Assembly: GCF_009914755.1 (NCBI RefSeq)
Contig: NC_060940.1
Length of the DNA stretch: 64,000 nt
Reading direction: 5' to 3' (one strand)
Source of the DNA: the human T2T-CHM13v2.0 reference genome, Homo sapiens
Part shown: positions 43,126-58,024 of the stretch, piece by piece
Layout of the letters: each line of letters begins with the position of its first letter
Numbering within the stretch: the first letter of the stretch is position 1
The notes under the pieces: generated by a model
Database searches by the model: none
Told to the model about the DNA's origin: nothing
The model's input: only the letters and a program-made list of their open reading frames with translations
Position numbers and translations under genes: made by a program

Positions 43126-45658
43126 TTTTTATTAATACAAGCACATGAATCTCTCTCTTTGGCTTGGGGGTAGAAGGAGGAGGATCACTGGCAGCGACAA
43201 AGTTAGGCACTTATACATTACCGTTTCTCAGGAGTGCTGTGATTTTAGGTGCTTTCAGGTACAGCCCTATGAAACTCCCATTTACAATGATGTTGCAAGA
43301 TAGGGTAGCGTTTTGTAGATGATTTTAAGGGGCTTGGAGGAAGCTCACTTCTACACCCCATCATGTATTTTGAGACAAGCCTCATGGCACCTCTTCTGCT
43401 TTCCCTTCTCAAGCTAAATAATGTAAGTTACTCCCAATAATCATATGATTTTTATTTCACCAAATTTCTTGAATGCAGTAACTAATCTTATTTAAAGGTG
43501 CACCCCCAGATTCTAGCACAGTTCCTAGCACATATCAATAACAGGTGTTTAATACATTTTTGGGATTGGGATTAATTTCCTCATTATATCATCTTTGTTT
43601 ATATGTATTTTTGGTCACTCTGATTCTCCTTCTGCAAGATGCTGCTTTTTATTCCAAACTCCACTCAGTTCTTCCTTGTGTCTCTGCACTTCTCCTACAA
43701 GTAAAGAGAGTGAGTGAGTTCTGGTTTCCTATGAAAAGAGGAACTCAGTCATGGTGGCCAGAGCCAATTGATTCCTAATTAAACGAAGCATAGAATTGAG
43801 CTGGGATGCATTTGTTCTGATTCAAAAGCCACCTTTCCTCCCCGCCTGATGATTGTGTCTCTTTCAGTGTCAGCACAATGTGGGCAGGGAGGAACTCTCT
43901 CTGCTCTGCTCCACTCCACACAGAGATAAAGAGAGATACAAGCACAGAATGCTTTGTGATGAAGCGGAAGCCACTTGTTAAAGCAAGGGGAGAATCGACA
44001 ATAATAGGAGACTGTCCAAATGGAAAGGATGGGATCACAGGCAGTCATTCTTTTAGTAGCAGAAACTTTTCACTCCCCAAGACGCAGGAAAGAAGCCAGC
44101 AGAGGTGATTAAGCCAGCGATTGGGATGAAGAGCAGTCAGAGATAGTCGGTGTGCAGAAACGACTCAGCAGGCTCGCTGAGCTGGAGCTCAACCTGTGGC
44201 TGTGTGAACCAACCCAGACACTTCATCACCGGGAATCTGCCAAGAACCAGGGCTTTAATTTATTTGTGGCAGTGGACACTGATCATCGGATATCCCGCTT
44301 AGACCCACTCATTCATGCCTTCCACAAGTATGTATGGAGCTCCCTCTACATGCCAGACTGCTTGTTAGATAGTAAGGATTCATAGGTAATTAAGTCTCTT
44401 TCACTAAAGGAGCTCCTGTTTTAGTGGGGGAAATTATAAATGACACCATAGTAAGCTCTTCACAACCACTAGCTGTTATTTTCATGTACTGGGGACCCAG
44501 GCAAGAATTCATTAGTGATTATTTCATTTGACACTAGGAAGTAAATTCTGTTTTTCTCTCTGCTTTACTGATGCGAAGAAACATGATCAGCATTGCCCAA
44601 AAATCAGTTGCAAAGCTAGGGTTTGGAGCCATGTATTTAAGAAGCAAGCACAAAGTACTGTAAGAACACAGGAGTGAATGTCTCACCTTTTTGGGGTGGG
44701 GGCCATTCAGAGAAGTGTTACCAAATAGGTATTCTTTGATTTGGGTCTTAAGGTATCATTAAAAGTTCACCTGGCAGACAAAGGGCATTTCAGTATTTGT
44801 AATATGTGAGTTGGACTGACCATAAGAGGTATTTCTGGTTTCATTTGTGAAGCCCAGTGAAGCAATAACCTTCGTTGAAAAGTCTATTTTGATAACCTGG
44901 TTTCTATTTAGTTTTATGGCTTTAAGCAATATAATTTTGGCTTCATTGCGATGTTGTCATTTTACTGACTTTCATAGCAAGAGGTGAAGGGTTAAGAGAA
45001 GGTTAGAAGGGACAGTGGGTTTGTAAAGGGATATGGGGTCAACTCCCAGAATCAGACACAGGATTTAGAGCAAGGATAGCAAAGCCATCATGGAAGTTGA
45101 GCCCACAGTGATGATCTCAAGCGGGTTTAGAGTGTGAACACCTGGCTTTATCATCTACCTGATATGGGGTACATGAGTTTGTCCATTTGACTTAAAAGAG
45201 TTGGTTCCAGAAGACAGAAATGATGTAAGGTCATTTAATTTGCCTTGGTGTGGAGTCATTTAAATGGTCTCCTGAGCTCCATTTCTGCTCTTCTCAAATC
45301 AGTACTTCCATCAGTAACAAAATTAAAATTATAAAAAATAATTTTTGCAAGTTACTCCTTTGCTTAAAAATCCTGTAGTATTCAGAATAAAATTCCCAAC
45401 CATCAGTAGAGCATATAAAGCTTCTGTTTGACTCTTCAGTTTTAGCTGTTTTGTAAGCTAGAGCCTCCCCTCTTCTCCATCCCCAATGCTAGGCCCCAGT
45501 CTTTTCACATCTTGGGATATTATTGCTCTCCCATGCTGACACATACCTCCTTCATCTAGCCAACTCCTCTTTCCCTAGGGATCTCATATTAAACATCCCC
45601 TTTTTAGGAAGGCCTCTCTGATCCCTTAAAAGACTGGGCAAAGGTTGCCTTGTCTCTA

Positions 45659-45944
<286 letters not shown>

Positions 45945-46511
45945 TTCCTTGCCTCTATTTTCCATAGAACCTGTTTTAACACTTACCATGCAGTCCTGGA
46001 AGTGACTGTGTGTGTCTCCTTTGCAGCCTGTGAGCACCAGAGCATTTTTGATCATTTTGAACAGGAGGTATTCAATAAATATTCTATGACTAAATTAATG
46101 GGCAAATGAAAAGATGAGAACAACTTCATTTTAAGTTTTATGGAAAAATTTGTCCAGGTTTCTAGAATGCGATTTTGGTTGTGTGTGTTATATAATAATA
46201 TGTTTGGTTTGAGTTGTGTCAGGGTATAGCTCCTTGCTTTTCAATCATCTTCCCCAGTAGAATCACTGGGTAAAGAGGATCTTTACTGTGATAACAAATA
46301 AAAATGATAATTTTTAAAAATATAGAAGAGCCCCTTTTAATTTTTTATTTTGAAATAACTTCAAAATGACAGAAAAGTTGGAAGAATAATACAAAAAATT
46401 CCAGATATTGTTCACCCAGGTATTCCAAATGTTAACATTTTGTCACATTGGCTTTCTTTTTCTATATATACATGGTTTTTCTTCGAAAACATTTGAAAAT
46501 AATTCAAGCTA

Positions 46512-47378
46512 CTTAAATTTACAAGAAAAAAACAACCCCATTAAAAAGTGGGCAAAGGACATGAACAGACACTTCTCAAAAGAAGACATACTTGCAGCCA
46601 ACAATCATATGGAAAAAAGCCCCAAATCACTAATTATTAGAGAAATGCAAATCAAAACCACAGTGAGATACCATTTCACACCAGTCAGAATGGCTATTAT
46701 CAAAAAGTCAAAAAATAAAAGATGCTGATGAGGTTGTGGAGAAAAAGGAATGCCTTTACACTGTTGGTGGGAGTGTAAATTAGTTCAACCATTGTGGAAG
46801 ACAGTGTGGTGATTCCTCAAAGACCTAGACAGAAATACCATTTGACCTAGCAATCTCATTACTGAGTACATACCTAAAAGAATATAAATCATTCTATTAT
46901 AAAGACACATGCATATGTATGTTCATTGCAGAACTATTCACAATAACAAAGACATGGAATCAAATGCCCATCATTGATAGACTGGATAAAGAAAATATGG
47001 TACATATACACCATGGAGTACTATGCAGCCACAAAAAAGAACAGAGGATGTCCTTTGTAGGGACATGGATGGAGATGGAGGCCATTATTCTTAGCAAACT
47101 ATTGCAGGAACAGAAAACCAAATACTGCATGTTCTCACAAGTGGGAGCTAAATGATGAGAACACATGGACACATAGAGGGGAACAACACACACTGGGGCC
47201 TACTGGAGGGCAGAGAATAGGAAGAAGGGGAGAATCAGGAAAAATGACTAATGGATACTAGGCTCAATACCTAGGTGATGAAATAATCTGTACAACAAAT
47301 CCCTATGACACATGTTTATCTATGTAACCTGTACATCCTGCACATGTACTCCTGAACTTTTAAAATAAATGTTAAAAA
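46512..47378 (+). mobile_element. 5'-truncated L1PA (approximately L1PA13-15) inserted in an L1MC/ME fragment
   Basis: ORF2 C-terminus ([21 protein letters not shown]) plus 3'UTR. TSD-like aaaataattcaagcta / aaaaatttccagcta. Confidence 0.88.
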
Positions 47379-50313
47379 ATTTCCAGCTATGATGTCCCTT
47401 TAACCTCAAATACTTTGGTATGTATCTTTGAAAATAAAGACATTCTCTTACATAAATAGAGCCCAATGATCAAAATCAGGAGATTAATAATATTGACAAA
47501 ATGCTGTTATCTAATCTGTAGATCTTATTTCAAGTCAAAGTTACTTTATAAGAAGGATTCAGTATTTAAAGAAGCATTTGGTCTGTCCTGTGTCTTCATG
47601 CTTAGCTAATTGAGACATCTTTGAATTGGAAGCTTGCCAGGACGGGATCAAGAGTCAAGAAAGGAGGGATTGAGATTTTCCTGTTAGGACACAAAGGACT
47701 GAGACAGGATGCAGCCAGGATCCTTTGTGAAAATAGATTGAAAAAGACAGAGTTAAAGATGGAGATGGAGGGAGAGAAAGAGCGAAGAGAAAGGGAGGGG
47801 AGAATGAGAATGAAATCTGAGTGAGACTTCAGATGTCCATGTGAGGACAGACACTTAGACCTACTCTGCTCTGTTCAGCTTCCAAAGTCCCTGGTCCCTC
47901 TTCCCTGGATTGTGAGAAAGCTATGCTACATGCCAGAGTGGGCTCTTTTTGGTGAATAAACCAGTGTGTTTTTCACACACACTCACACCCCATTAGATGA
48001 CCTTTAAAAGACATTATTTTAAAGAAACTATGCAAAGTTTTGCCCTCTCCTGCTTATACTAGTTTGCGTTTTCAAATAATTCTCCTTTCCATGCTTTAAT
48101 TTTACTTCTCTCCCAATAGATGACAGCTAAATGCAAATAAATATATTGGTTTTTCCAAACACAAACTGACCCTCTTTTCACGGTATACATATATTAAAAA
48201 GAAAAAGCAGGTTGAAAACACCTAATGAATTGAACCTGTTCCTTCCCATTCGATGTTTAGGAATGGCTGAAATTTAGCTATCCAGGGCCACTGTGTCAGG
48301 GGTTGCTGGGACCTGGTTGTTCTTCACTTCTCATTTTTCATCACAGTGATCATGCTTTCTGCTTTTTGTCCGTTCTTATCAGACACACCACCGCAGACCA
48401 CACTGGAAATGGGAAGCAGGCAGCCCTGTCTGGTTTGACTTAGATATCCTGAGGGCTGCACTCACCCTTACCTTCGCTGTATCAGTGAAAGCTTTTTTTG
48501 GGCATGACTAGTCTAAGACCTGGAATATGAGAACAAGACATTGAGAAATTTGTGTTTTTTATCCAGAGAGCAGTAATTTGTTTATGCATTCTACAATTAT
48601 TCCCAATTCTCAGCAATGTGATCTTAATCTGTTTAGGAACAGAACACAATTAGCTATAACCTAGATCTAACAGAGGTAAGTCTAACCTCTCAAAAAACGA
48701 AGGATTTGGCAGCCAAAATTAGTAATAAGTCACAATCAGCATTTTGGTCTTTGATGATATTCCCTGGTTCAATGATTACACCTTTGTTCCAGCAGATAAT
48801 ATTGGGGCACTAATTAAATGAGATAATTTTTAGCTTAAAAAGATCTTAAAGATGGCATACTCCAATCTCTTCCTGATGTTTTCGCAAATGTGCCTCAGTT
48901 TACTCATCTGTAGGCTGTCAGTCCTGAACTTAGGGAGGAGTTCGGTGTTCAGTGGAAGGTGTCCACTTTAGCATGCATATGGGAATGATTATTTTCCGTA
49001 ACCTTCCAAGCACAGAAGAGATTCTAAATACAAGATGTCCTGTGAGTTAGAAGTAGAGATTATTGGCAAAGACAAAGAATGGCAATGGACTGGGAAATGG
49101 ATCCAGAATCCTGATCTCCAGTAGTTCTCCACCTAGTTTCACTGTGAGGGTCATTGCTCAGATGACCTAGAGATGCTGAAATTCTCTTTTGCTTTGGGAT
49201 CAAGACCACAAGGAGAGTTTTTATTATAACTCTTCTCTTCTGGTAATAATGAAAATGAAATATTAAGAGCTCTTCATTACAAGCCTTAGGGAAGTAAGCA
49301 AATATGTTACAACTTTCTAAAATATGTCCTGATTAAATATCTCATTTCTCCACTTTCATAATTGGGAAATAATAGACCAACTGATTGTGCTAAATGGATT
49401 TCAGCAAGCCTCACTGTCTTGTTCCATCAGGAGGGAATACTTATTTCTCCATCGTGTCATCTTTTTTCTACAAACGATAACTCATTCCTACTATTCAAAG
49501 CAAATCTCTTAAAAAAATCTAACAAAGCTCTATTTCTGGATTATATAAGAGTATTTATATATGTCTGTATAGATATAAACATGATCATAGATCTGCATTG
49601 GCCCATACTGTTGAAAGCAATTTTTCTGGTTAAGGAGATCAAGGAACTTTTTTGTATTTTTTTGTTTTGTCTTTTTTGGTAAGATAAGTGCATTTTTACG
49701 AACAAACAAAAACAAACATCATAAAAAATTTAGTACTAATTCATGAGTTGCTAACATAATGTTGTGGTTTGTTTTAAACTCCCAAATACCTCCTATACCT
49801 TGTACCTGGGAAGAGGAATTCAGTTAAATTCAACAAATAAGGATGGAGTATACACTATATGCCAAACATCGTGCTGAGATCTGGATATATAAAGATGAGA
49901 TAAGACTCTACAGGCAAGACTTTTGTGTGCTTATTTGTCTTATTGTTTCATGCAGTAATAGTAAAGATATAGATCAGGTTTTGGAGATACAGAAATCATC
50001 TTTATTTGGAACAATGAGGGAAGATCTCTCAGAATAGCCTGAACAGGTTTTTGAAGGATGAGTAAAAGTTTACTATCCAAAGATAGTGAAGGAAGTCATT
50101 CCAGAAGGTGGGAACAGTATGGGCAAAGCAAAGAAAGTTTAGTACTGCATCATGTGTAAGGGCAAATAACAGTATTTGTGGATTGTTGGAGTATAAAGGA
50201 GTGAGACAGCATGAGGGTTAATGATCAGTATGGCTCAGAATATGAAGATCCATGAAGATCAATTAAAAACTTGCCCTTTATCTTCTAGGAAATTGGCAAC
50301 TGATGAAGGGAAG

Positions 50314-50674
50314 TGTATCAGTCCGTTTTCATGCTGCTGATAAAGACACACCCGAGACTGGGAAGAAAAAGAGGTTTAATGGACTTACACTTCGACATGG
50401 CTGGGGAGGCCTCACAATCGTGGTAGAAGGCAAGGAGGAGCAAGTCACATCTTACGTGGATGGTGGTGGGCAAAGAGAGAGAGCTTGTGCAGGGGAACTC
50501 CTCTTTTTAAAAGTATCAGATCTCGTGAGATTTATTCACTATTATGACAACAGCAGAAGACAGACCTGCCCCCATGATTCAATTACCTCCCACTGAGTGC
50601 CTCCCTCAACATGTGGGAATTACGAGTTATACTTCAAGATGATTTGGGTGGGGACACACAGCCAAACCATATTA
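50314..50674 (-). mobile_element. THE1B-like MaLR solo LTR
   Basis: 'tgtatcagtccgttttcatgctgctgataaagac' ... 'ggggacacacagccaaaccatatta'. 5-bp TSD ggaag/gggag. Confidence 0.92.
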
Positions 50675-51062
50675 GGGAGCAGGAAAAAGAAACAAAAACA
50701 GCAACTAATAACTCCCAAGACCACAGCTTCGCTCCTGTCTAGGGCTTTGCTACTTAGCCACAGGAACACGGGTGATCATACCTCAACAGAAGTCTGCCAG
50801 CATTCATTACGACCAGTGCTTAATCTCATCTGACAATATCAATGTCAAAATCAGAGCTTGGAGCTGGCGGTGTTTCAGCAGAGGAGTCTTTGGAGCTTCC
50901 ACGAACTGGTTCAATAAACAATCTTGCTGTGAAACACAGAGCTTGGTATTTAGAAGGGTTTTAGCTGGCATATCCACAAAGCTGCAGCATCCTGTCCACT
51001 GCTAATTCCACTGTGAAATGTTGAAATACAGCTCTTAGCTCCGAGAAAGCATGTAGGCTTCT

Positions 51063-51076
51063 ATTTGCATGCAAAT
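51063..51076. promoter_or_regulatory. Palindromic double octamer (POU) motif ATTTGCATGCAAAT
   Basis: Perfect 14-bp palindrome containing ATTTGCAT and ATGCAAAT in TE-free sequence. Function is not shown. Confidence 0.4.
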
Positions 51077-52199
51077 CATTGCCATTCATGTGTGAACTAC
51101 AGCAGGTAACAGCTCTGCCAGATGGAATAATTTGGGGTAAGGCCATCCTCTTTGTTAAAGGCCACAGGTATCCATGCATGCTGCAGTGTAGCTCATTCCT
51201 ACTTTCCACGTCACCCCCTGGGGAATAATCATTTTAATGATGGGCCTCAAGGAAAGGAAACGCCATTCTACCCTGTCATCATTTAGTAAACAAAATGGTG
51301 CCAATTAGTGTAATGCTGACCTAATGTAATATTTGATGCAATTAGTAAATTGAGAGGGATAAAAAGGAACATGGTAAATTGATAGATCAAGAAAACTCCC
51401 TTGGATTTTGAAAAAGTACAGATTGCATGCATGTTTCAAGGAAAACCACTGTGGTCTCACCCCAGGTGGCAGTGCCTTGTAGTGGTTAGGAGTGTGTGTC
51501 TCTAGAATCGGAATGCTTGTGTCTCAATCGCAGCTCTACCTCTTACTAACCAGAAGACTTTGAATAAAACTCACACTTCCTAAGTGTCAACTTCATCATC
51601 TGTAAAGTGAAGATAGTAGTAGACAATTGAACTTAATCCTCTCCTGGTCATATGAGGTAGGTCTGATTTAAGTAGTTGAGCAGCCTGCCTGATACATGTA
51701 AAGCTTAACAATAACTATAAATAATCATAATTACAATGAATAAAATAGCCATAGAAGCTAGTTGCATTAAATTTATTTGTAATAAATGTAGTAGCTAATG
51801 CTGTACTTGATCAATTCACAGAGCTGATTTCTCCAATAAATAGGAAGCTCCTAAGTATAGAGACCATGTCTTCTCTTCTTGTCATCAGTGGTTTGCTCAC
51901 CATCTAACACTTAGGATGTATTCAACAAATGGTTATTAAATGCACAGGTTTTAAAATTAGTAGCATTTTTTGTGTTATTTATTCCTTTACCTCCTCCTTC
52001 TTCATATCTCTTTCTCCTCTGTCATCATCATCATCATCATCATTTTTTATCCTCTCTATTTCCAAAGACATGGGGATAAGATTTGTCCCAGCAGGATTCG
52101 TGCTGGTTACATGGAAAGCAACACTGTTGATATTCAAATGTCCCCTAAGGCTACCTACCTCCTTATGAATCTTTGGTATCTTTCGTTTGAATCTCCAGG

Positions 52200-52587
52200 C
52201 ATACTCTTTATCTTTTCCCAAGCCTGCTCTATGCATTAATTTTATGGACTCCATTAATTAGTTTGCTTATCTTTTAGTTTCCTGTTGGATTAAGCCAGTG
52301 AGAACCCAGAAGGGTAAGGAGAGAGTTAGGGCAGGTTTCTGTCTTCTGGGTCTAACTGTTTGCCTTTGTTTTTCTCTCTGTGGCTACAGCTTCCACTAGG
52401 CAACTTTCTCTTATAGCTTTAGTGTTCCTCTTTGGATTCTGGTATGTACTTCTTTTCCTTGCCATTCCCTTATTGGTTTTCCATCACCCTGCCCACTCTT
52501 TAGTAAATGTCCCTTTCATTAGTTTCTCCCCTAGGTTGCTCACCTTGAGTATGTCATCTGTTGCCCATCAGGACCTTGACTGATACA
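52200..52587 (+). mobile_element. Old ERVL-type LTR remnant (LTR40/41-like)
   Basis: 3' end 'ttgagtatgtcatctgttgcccatcaggaccttgactgataca'. Confidence 0.45.
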
Positions 52588-53243
52588 GGGTTCTAGAGCA
52601 TATAAACTTCAATGGTCTGCCACCAAGTCTGTGTGATATCTAGTTCCCACTTGCCACGTGGCAGGACCTTAGCAGCAGAAAGGGACATTTTCTTGCCTTT
52701 ACAGTGATCACTAAGTGACGAGAAGAAGAGCAGGTGTCTCCTACATAATTGCTGCAGAACCGTTGTTTCTCAGGTCCAGCTGTTTTTGTCTCTTTTATGC
52801 TATCTGTCTCCAAATCTCTGATATGTTGCTAATATACTGCTTAGGCCACCTATGAGATATCCATGAGGTCCATTATGGTGGATAATTAGATTTTAGGGTC
52901 AGAAATCCTGAAATCAAAGCCTTTCCCAAATTGCCTATCAGTCAGAACTCAAAAGGATTCTAGGACTCATTTAAAAATTCAACTTTTTTTTTTTTGCCAT
53001 AGAGACAGGGAGGAGTTGCTCAACTAACATGTTGGCAACTACAGACAGCTCTTTTGTCATCTGTTGGATAAGGGAGACACTTAATCAAACACCTAAAACA
53101 AAACATGCTTGTTATTTACAAAGAGATATGTAAAAGCAAATATCAAATGTTTGCACAAACTTTTTATAAAAGGACCACAACTTGAGAACCCCAGAATAAT
53201 GTCCAGAGATGCCTGTGACTTCCATTTGAAACCATACTCACTT

Positions 53244-53559
<316 letters not shown>

Positions 53560-54420
53560 TTAAGAAAACTAGAACTTTATCCTATGAAAATTTATTTGAA
53601 TGGAGACTCATCCACCCAAGAGAAAGCTTCTGTTTTAAAACTGGTAAATTTTATTTGTAGATTATCAGCAAAATAAAAACATAACGTTGAAATAGGAGTC
53701 TCAGAGACAGTATGGGTTCCTGAATATACATTCTTATGTCACAGTTTGGGAAATACTTACATAAATAAACTATAGTGATACAAGAGAAATTCATCCCATT
53801 TGAAGATTCACAAAGAAGGTGATGTTTAATTTGAGTCTCTTAAGGATGAGGGGAGATGGTGAAGGGATAAATATGGTGAGAAGAGGCAACAGCAGTTGCT
53901 CATAACAGCAACCGTTTTTTGAGAATATATGAAGTGTCATGGCAATAACTTATCTGCCTGCCCATATTTGAGGGCATGGCATATTTTAGAAAGTGTGGAA
54001 AGTCCAGTATGGCTGGGCTGTAGTGTGCATTATTGGAAAGCCACTGGAGAGGAGGATGAAATAAGAGATTAACTTTGAAGGCGCTTGAATGTAAAGGAGT
54101 TAGGACCAGTCTAAGTCAGTGTTTTTCAAGCTCATTCTGTCTCTCTCTTGCAGTGAAACCTTTTATTGAAAAAGTCTCATTCAGAAGACAAATGTGTAAC
54201 AAAGAAAATGGGGTTCACTTCCAGTGGAAGATGCGGAGATGGGCAGGAGCTTCCTAGAGTTTAATAAGCACAGTCTGAAAGCCTGCTCTGGGTAGTGGGA
54301 AATCACCAGATTTGTGTTTAGGAAAGATTACCACAGCTCCATGGAGAAAGAAAGAAGACCAAATTGTCTAGTGCAGTAATAGAAGGGAGAGGTGATGAGG
54401 GCTGGCATGAAAGCTACAGT

Positions 54421-54777
<357 letters not shown>

Positions 54778-55207
54778 GCTATGATGATGAAAATAAAGAG
54801 GGACAGATGCATAGTCAGGCCTGAGGTAGAATCAGTATGTGATAATATGATAATGTGACTTCTTAACAGGTGTAAGGGAAGTAGGAGCACCAAGAATGTC
54901 TGGGGCTTTCTAATAGGCTTAGATTGATTAGGAAGTTCTAGGCATCACTAGGAAACAAACCAAAGAAGACTGTCTCCCTTGTTTCAGAGCATTGGTCTAT
55001 CATGCTGGACATATAGAGGGCAGTCCTCAAAAAGGCACTTGGGAAGAGAAGCAGAACAACCTGTTTCTGGAATAACATCTGGAATAGAACGGGGTCCCAT
55101 TTCCCCATTAACCAAGAATAAATCCCAAAAACAAGAACTCAGGATGGAGCGCTCTGAAATCCCCATGGTTTGGAAAGGGTGTGGAGGACATGCTCAAGTT
55201 TACTGTA

Positions 55208-56764
55208 TTTAGTTTAGGTGGTGAAAGAAGATCTCTTAGTAGATGACATCTGGGGGAAAAATCTGAAATAAAGGGAGGAAGCCAACCTGATTCAGAAAAA
55301 TCGCATTCCAGGTAGAGAAAAAGGCAAGCATAAAGGCTGTATTCCTGCATATTTCAGGAGCAGCAGGAAAGCAAGTGTACCTATAATGGAGTTTCCAGGA
55401 ACCTGCAGGTAGTCTAGGTGGAGGCAACAAAGGTGATAAGTGTGATAACTAGGCAGAGGTCAAATCATACCAAACCCTGACGGCCAGGGGCAAGGAATAG
55501 GTAATACGGTAAACTTGGTATTTGGTAAATTTGGGTTTTGTGTAAGGTGACTTTGGAAAAGGACAGGCATAGTTTGAAACATGAAGGATCAATTTTAGAG
55601 TGAATGACAAAAAAGATATGACTTCCCCAAACTGGTGTACAGATTCAGGAATTTACCAAAGCCCACGTATATCAACTGAAAAAGATTCAGGAGGTTAATG
55701 GACACCAGATAGTTAAGGGGATTTACTAAAGGAACAAAAAATATATCACCATCATCTGTTCTCCCAGAGACATCAAACATACACATATTGCTTGTCTTCG
55801 ATAGCATAGGCAGCTCACTTACAAACCACCTCTTCAGAGTGTCTTAGCAGCACGTTCCCTCAACTAATTGGCGTTCCTCTCATCTAACACATCAGCAAAA
55901 TCTATTGGCTCTATCTTCAAAATGTCTTCTGAGTCTATAGGCTAGTTTCGTTTCTTTTCTTTCTTTTTTTTTTTTTTTTTGAGATGGAGTCTCGCTCTGT
56001 CACCCAGGCTAGAGTGCAGTGGCGTGATCTCAGCTCACTGCAAACTCTGCCTCCCTGGGTTCAAGCGATTCTTGTGCCTCAGCCTCCTGAGTGGCTGGGA
56101 TTACAGGCATTCGCCACCTCGCCTATAATATTTTTTTTTTTTTTGGTATTTTTAGTAGAGACGGGGGTCTCACTATGTTTGTCAGGCTGGTCTTGAACTC
56201 CTGACCTCAAGTGATCTGCCCGCTTCGGCCTCCCAAAGAGCTGAGATTACAGGTGTGAGCCACTGCGCCCAGCCTATAGGCTAGTTTCTATCCCTCCTGT
56301 TCTCATTTCCATATTTTCCTGGCCCAATAAAATGGCTTCCATATTTCACTCTTTATTTTACCTTTACCTTGCACCCAGTAAAATCTATTTTCCAAAAAAC
56401 AGCTAGAGCGATCTTTCAAAATGTGAATCTGATCCTGTTATTCACTTTTGCAAAACCTTCAGTGCCGTCCTGTTCCTTGCCCCTGTCCTTCAGAGCTTGG
56501 TATGATTTGACCTCTGCCTGGTTATCACTCCTATCACCTTTGCTGCCTCCACCTAGAATACCTGCAGGTTCCTGGTAACTCCATTCTAGCTACACTTGCT
56601 TTCCTGCTGCTTCTGACATATGCAGGAGTAGAGCCTTTATGCTTGCTTTTTTCTCTACCTGAAATGTGATTTTTCTGAATCAGGTTGGCTTCCTCCCTTA
56701 CTTATTTCAGATTTTCCCCCCAGATGTCATCTACTAAGAGATCTTCTTTCACTTCCTAAACTAA
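55208..56764. repeat. Long inverted repeat with ~295-bp arms (55208-55501 and 56469-56764) of L2-like sequence
   Basis: Manual alignment of the left arm to the reverse complement of the right arm gave ~21 mismatches and one 3-bp indel over ~280 bp. Confidence 0.95.
55951..56273 (-). mobile_element. AluS inserted in L2 (~55870-56985) within the inverted-repeat spacer
   Basis: Perfect TSD ctataggctagtttc (55935 / 56274). L2 3' end 'acagtgtctggcacatagtgcacaata'. Confidence 0.9.
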
Positions 56765-57495
56765 AATAGCTGTATCCCCTATTCCCATCTCCAAGTTATC
56801 CTTAACCCTTTCATGTTTTTCTGTAATACTTATGTCTCCTGGAAAATATATTACATTTGCATTCATTTGCCTCCTTATGAGTGCCTTCCTCATGAGCATG
56901 TAAATCTTTGAGGGTAGTACTTTAGTTTTTATTGGTCATTGTTAAATTGCTAAGACCTCATACAGTGTCTGGCACATAGTGCACAATATTTTTTTTTTTT
57001 TAGTGTATCTTGATGCATAAATCAGATGGCTGCCTTCCTTTCCCCTTGGATATTTCTTCTCCTGGCTCTTATGTGTAATCTGCTGGCTATCCAACCCGTG
57101 CCACATCAGAAACCTCTTGCTTGTCTCGGGTAATGATTTTTCCAGTACTGAGGGGAATGTCACATTTGCCATGTGGTTGGAGCATCTGAAAGGACTGATT
57201 TATTTTGCAGAATCTCATGAAATCTGGGTGATTTAGGTGTGAAATAATGGCATACATAATTATGTGAAAAAAATCAGATACCATTATATAGAGTAGTAGC
57301 AGATACCAAAATGTTTAAGAATAACTTATAAACAGAAAGGAAACTTAAGTCTGTGAAAATTCTGTCCAGTGACTTATTAGGGGTTTTAGTAAGCATTTGA
57401 AGAAAAGGGTCAATTACTCTATTACAGTTTTAGAACTTCTTAGATAATTTTCTTGGGGTAACAGTTAACTTGTCAGTCATAATTGTCAGCTTTCA

Positions 57496-58024
<529 letters not shown>

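Noticed and set aside
48330-48480. Splice-like signals (plus-strand pyrimidine tracts with AG; minus-strand gtaagg/gtgagt)
   Set aside because: No coherent exon with matched acceptor, donor and reading frame can be supported.
51456-51476. CTCF-like cacccaggtggcagtg
   Set aside because: The 5' half is a weaker match, it abuts a MIR, and there is no supporting CpG context.
51929-52254. ORFs with poly-Ser, poly-Ile or poly-Asp
   Set aside because: They are produced by a short (TCA)n microsatellite at ~52022-52043.
55208-56764. L2-derived microRNA hairpin (miR-28/miR-151 type)
   Set aside because: The arms are separated by ~970 bp, far too long for a pre-miRNA loop. It is kept only as a long inverted repeat.
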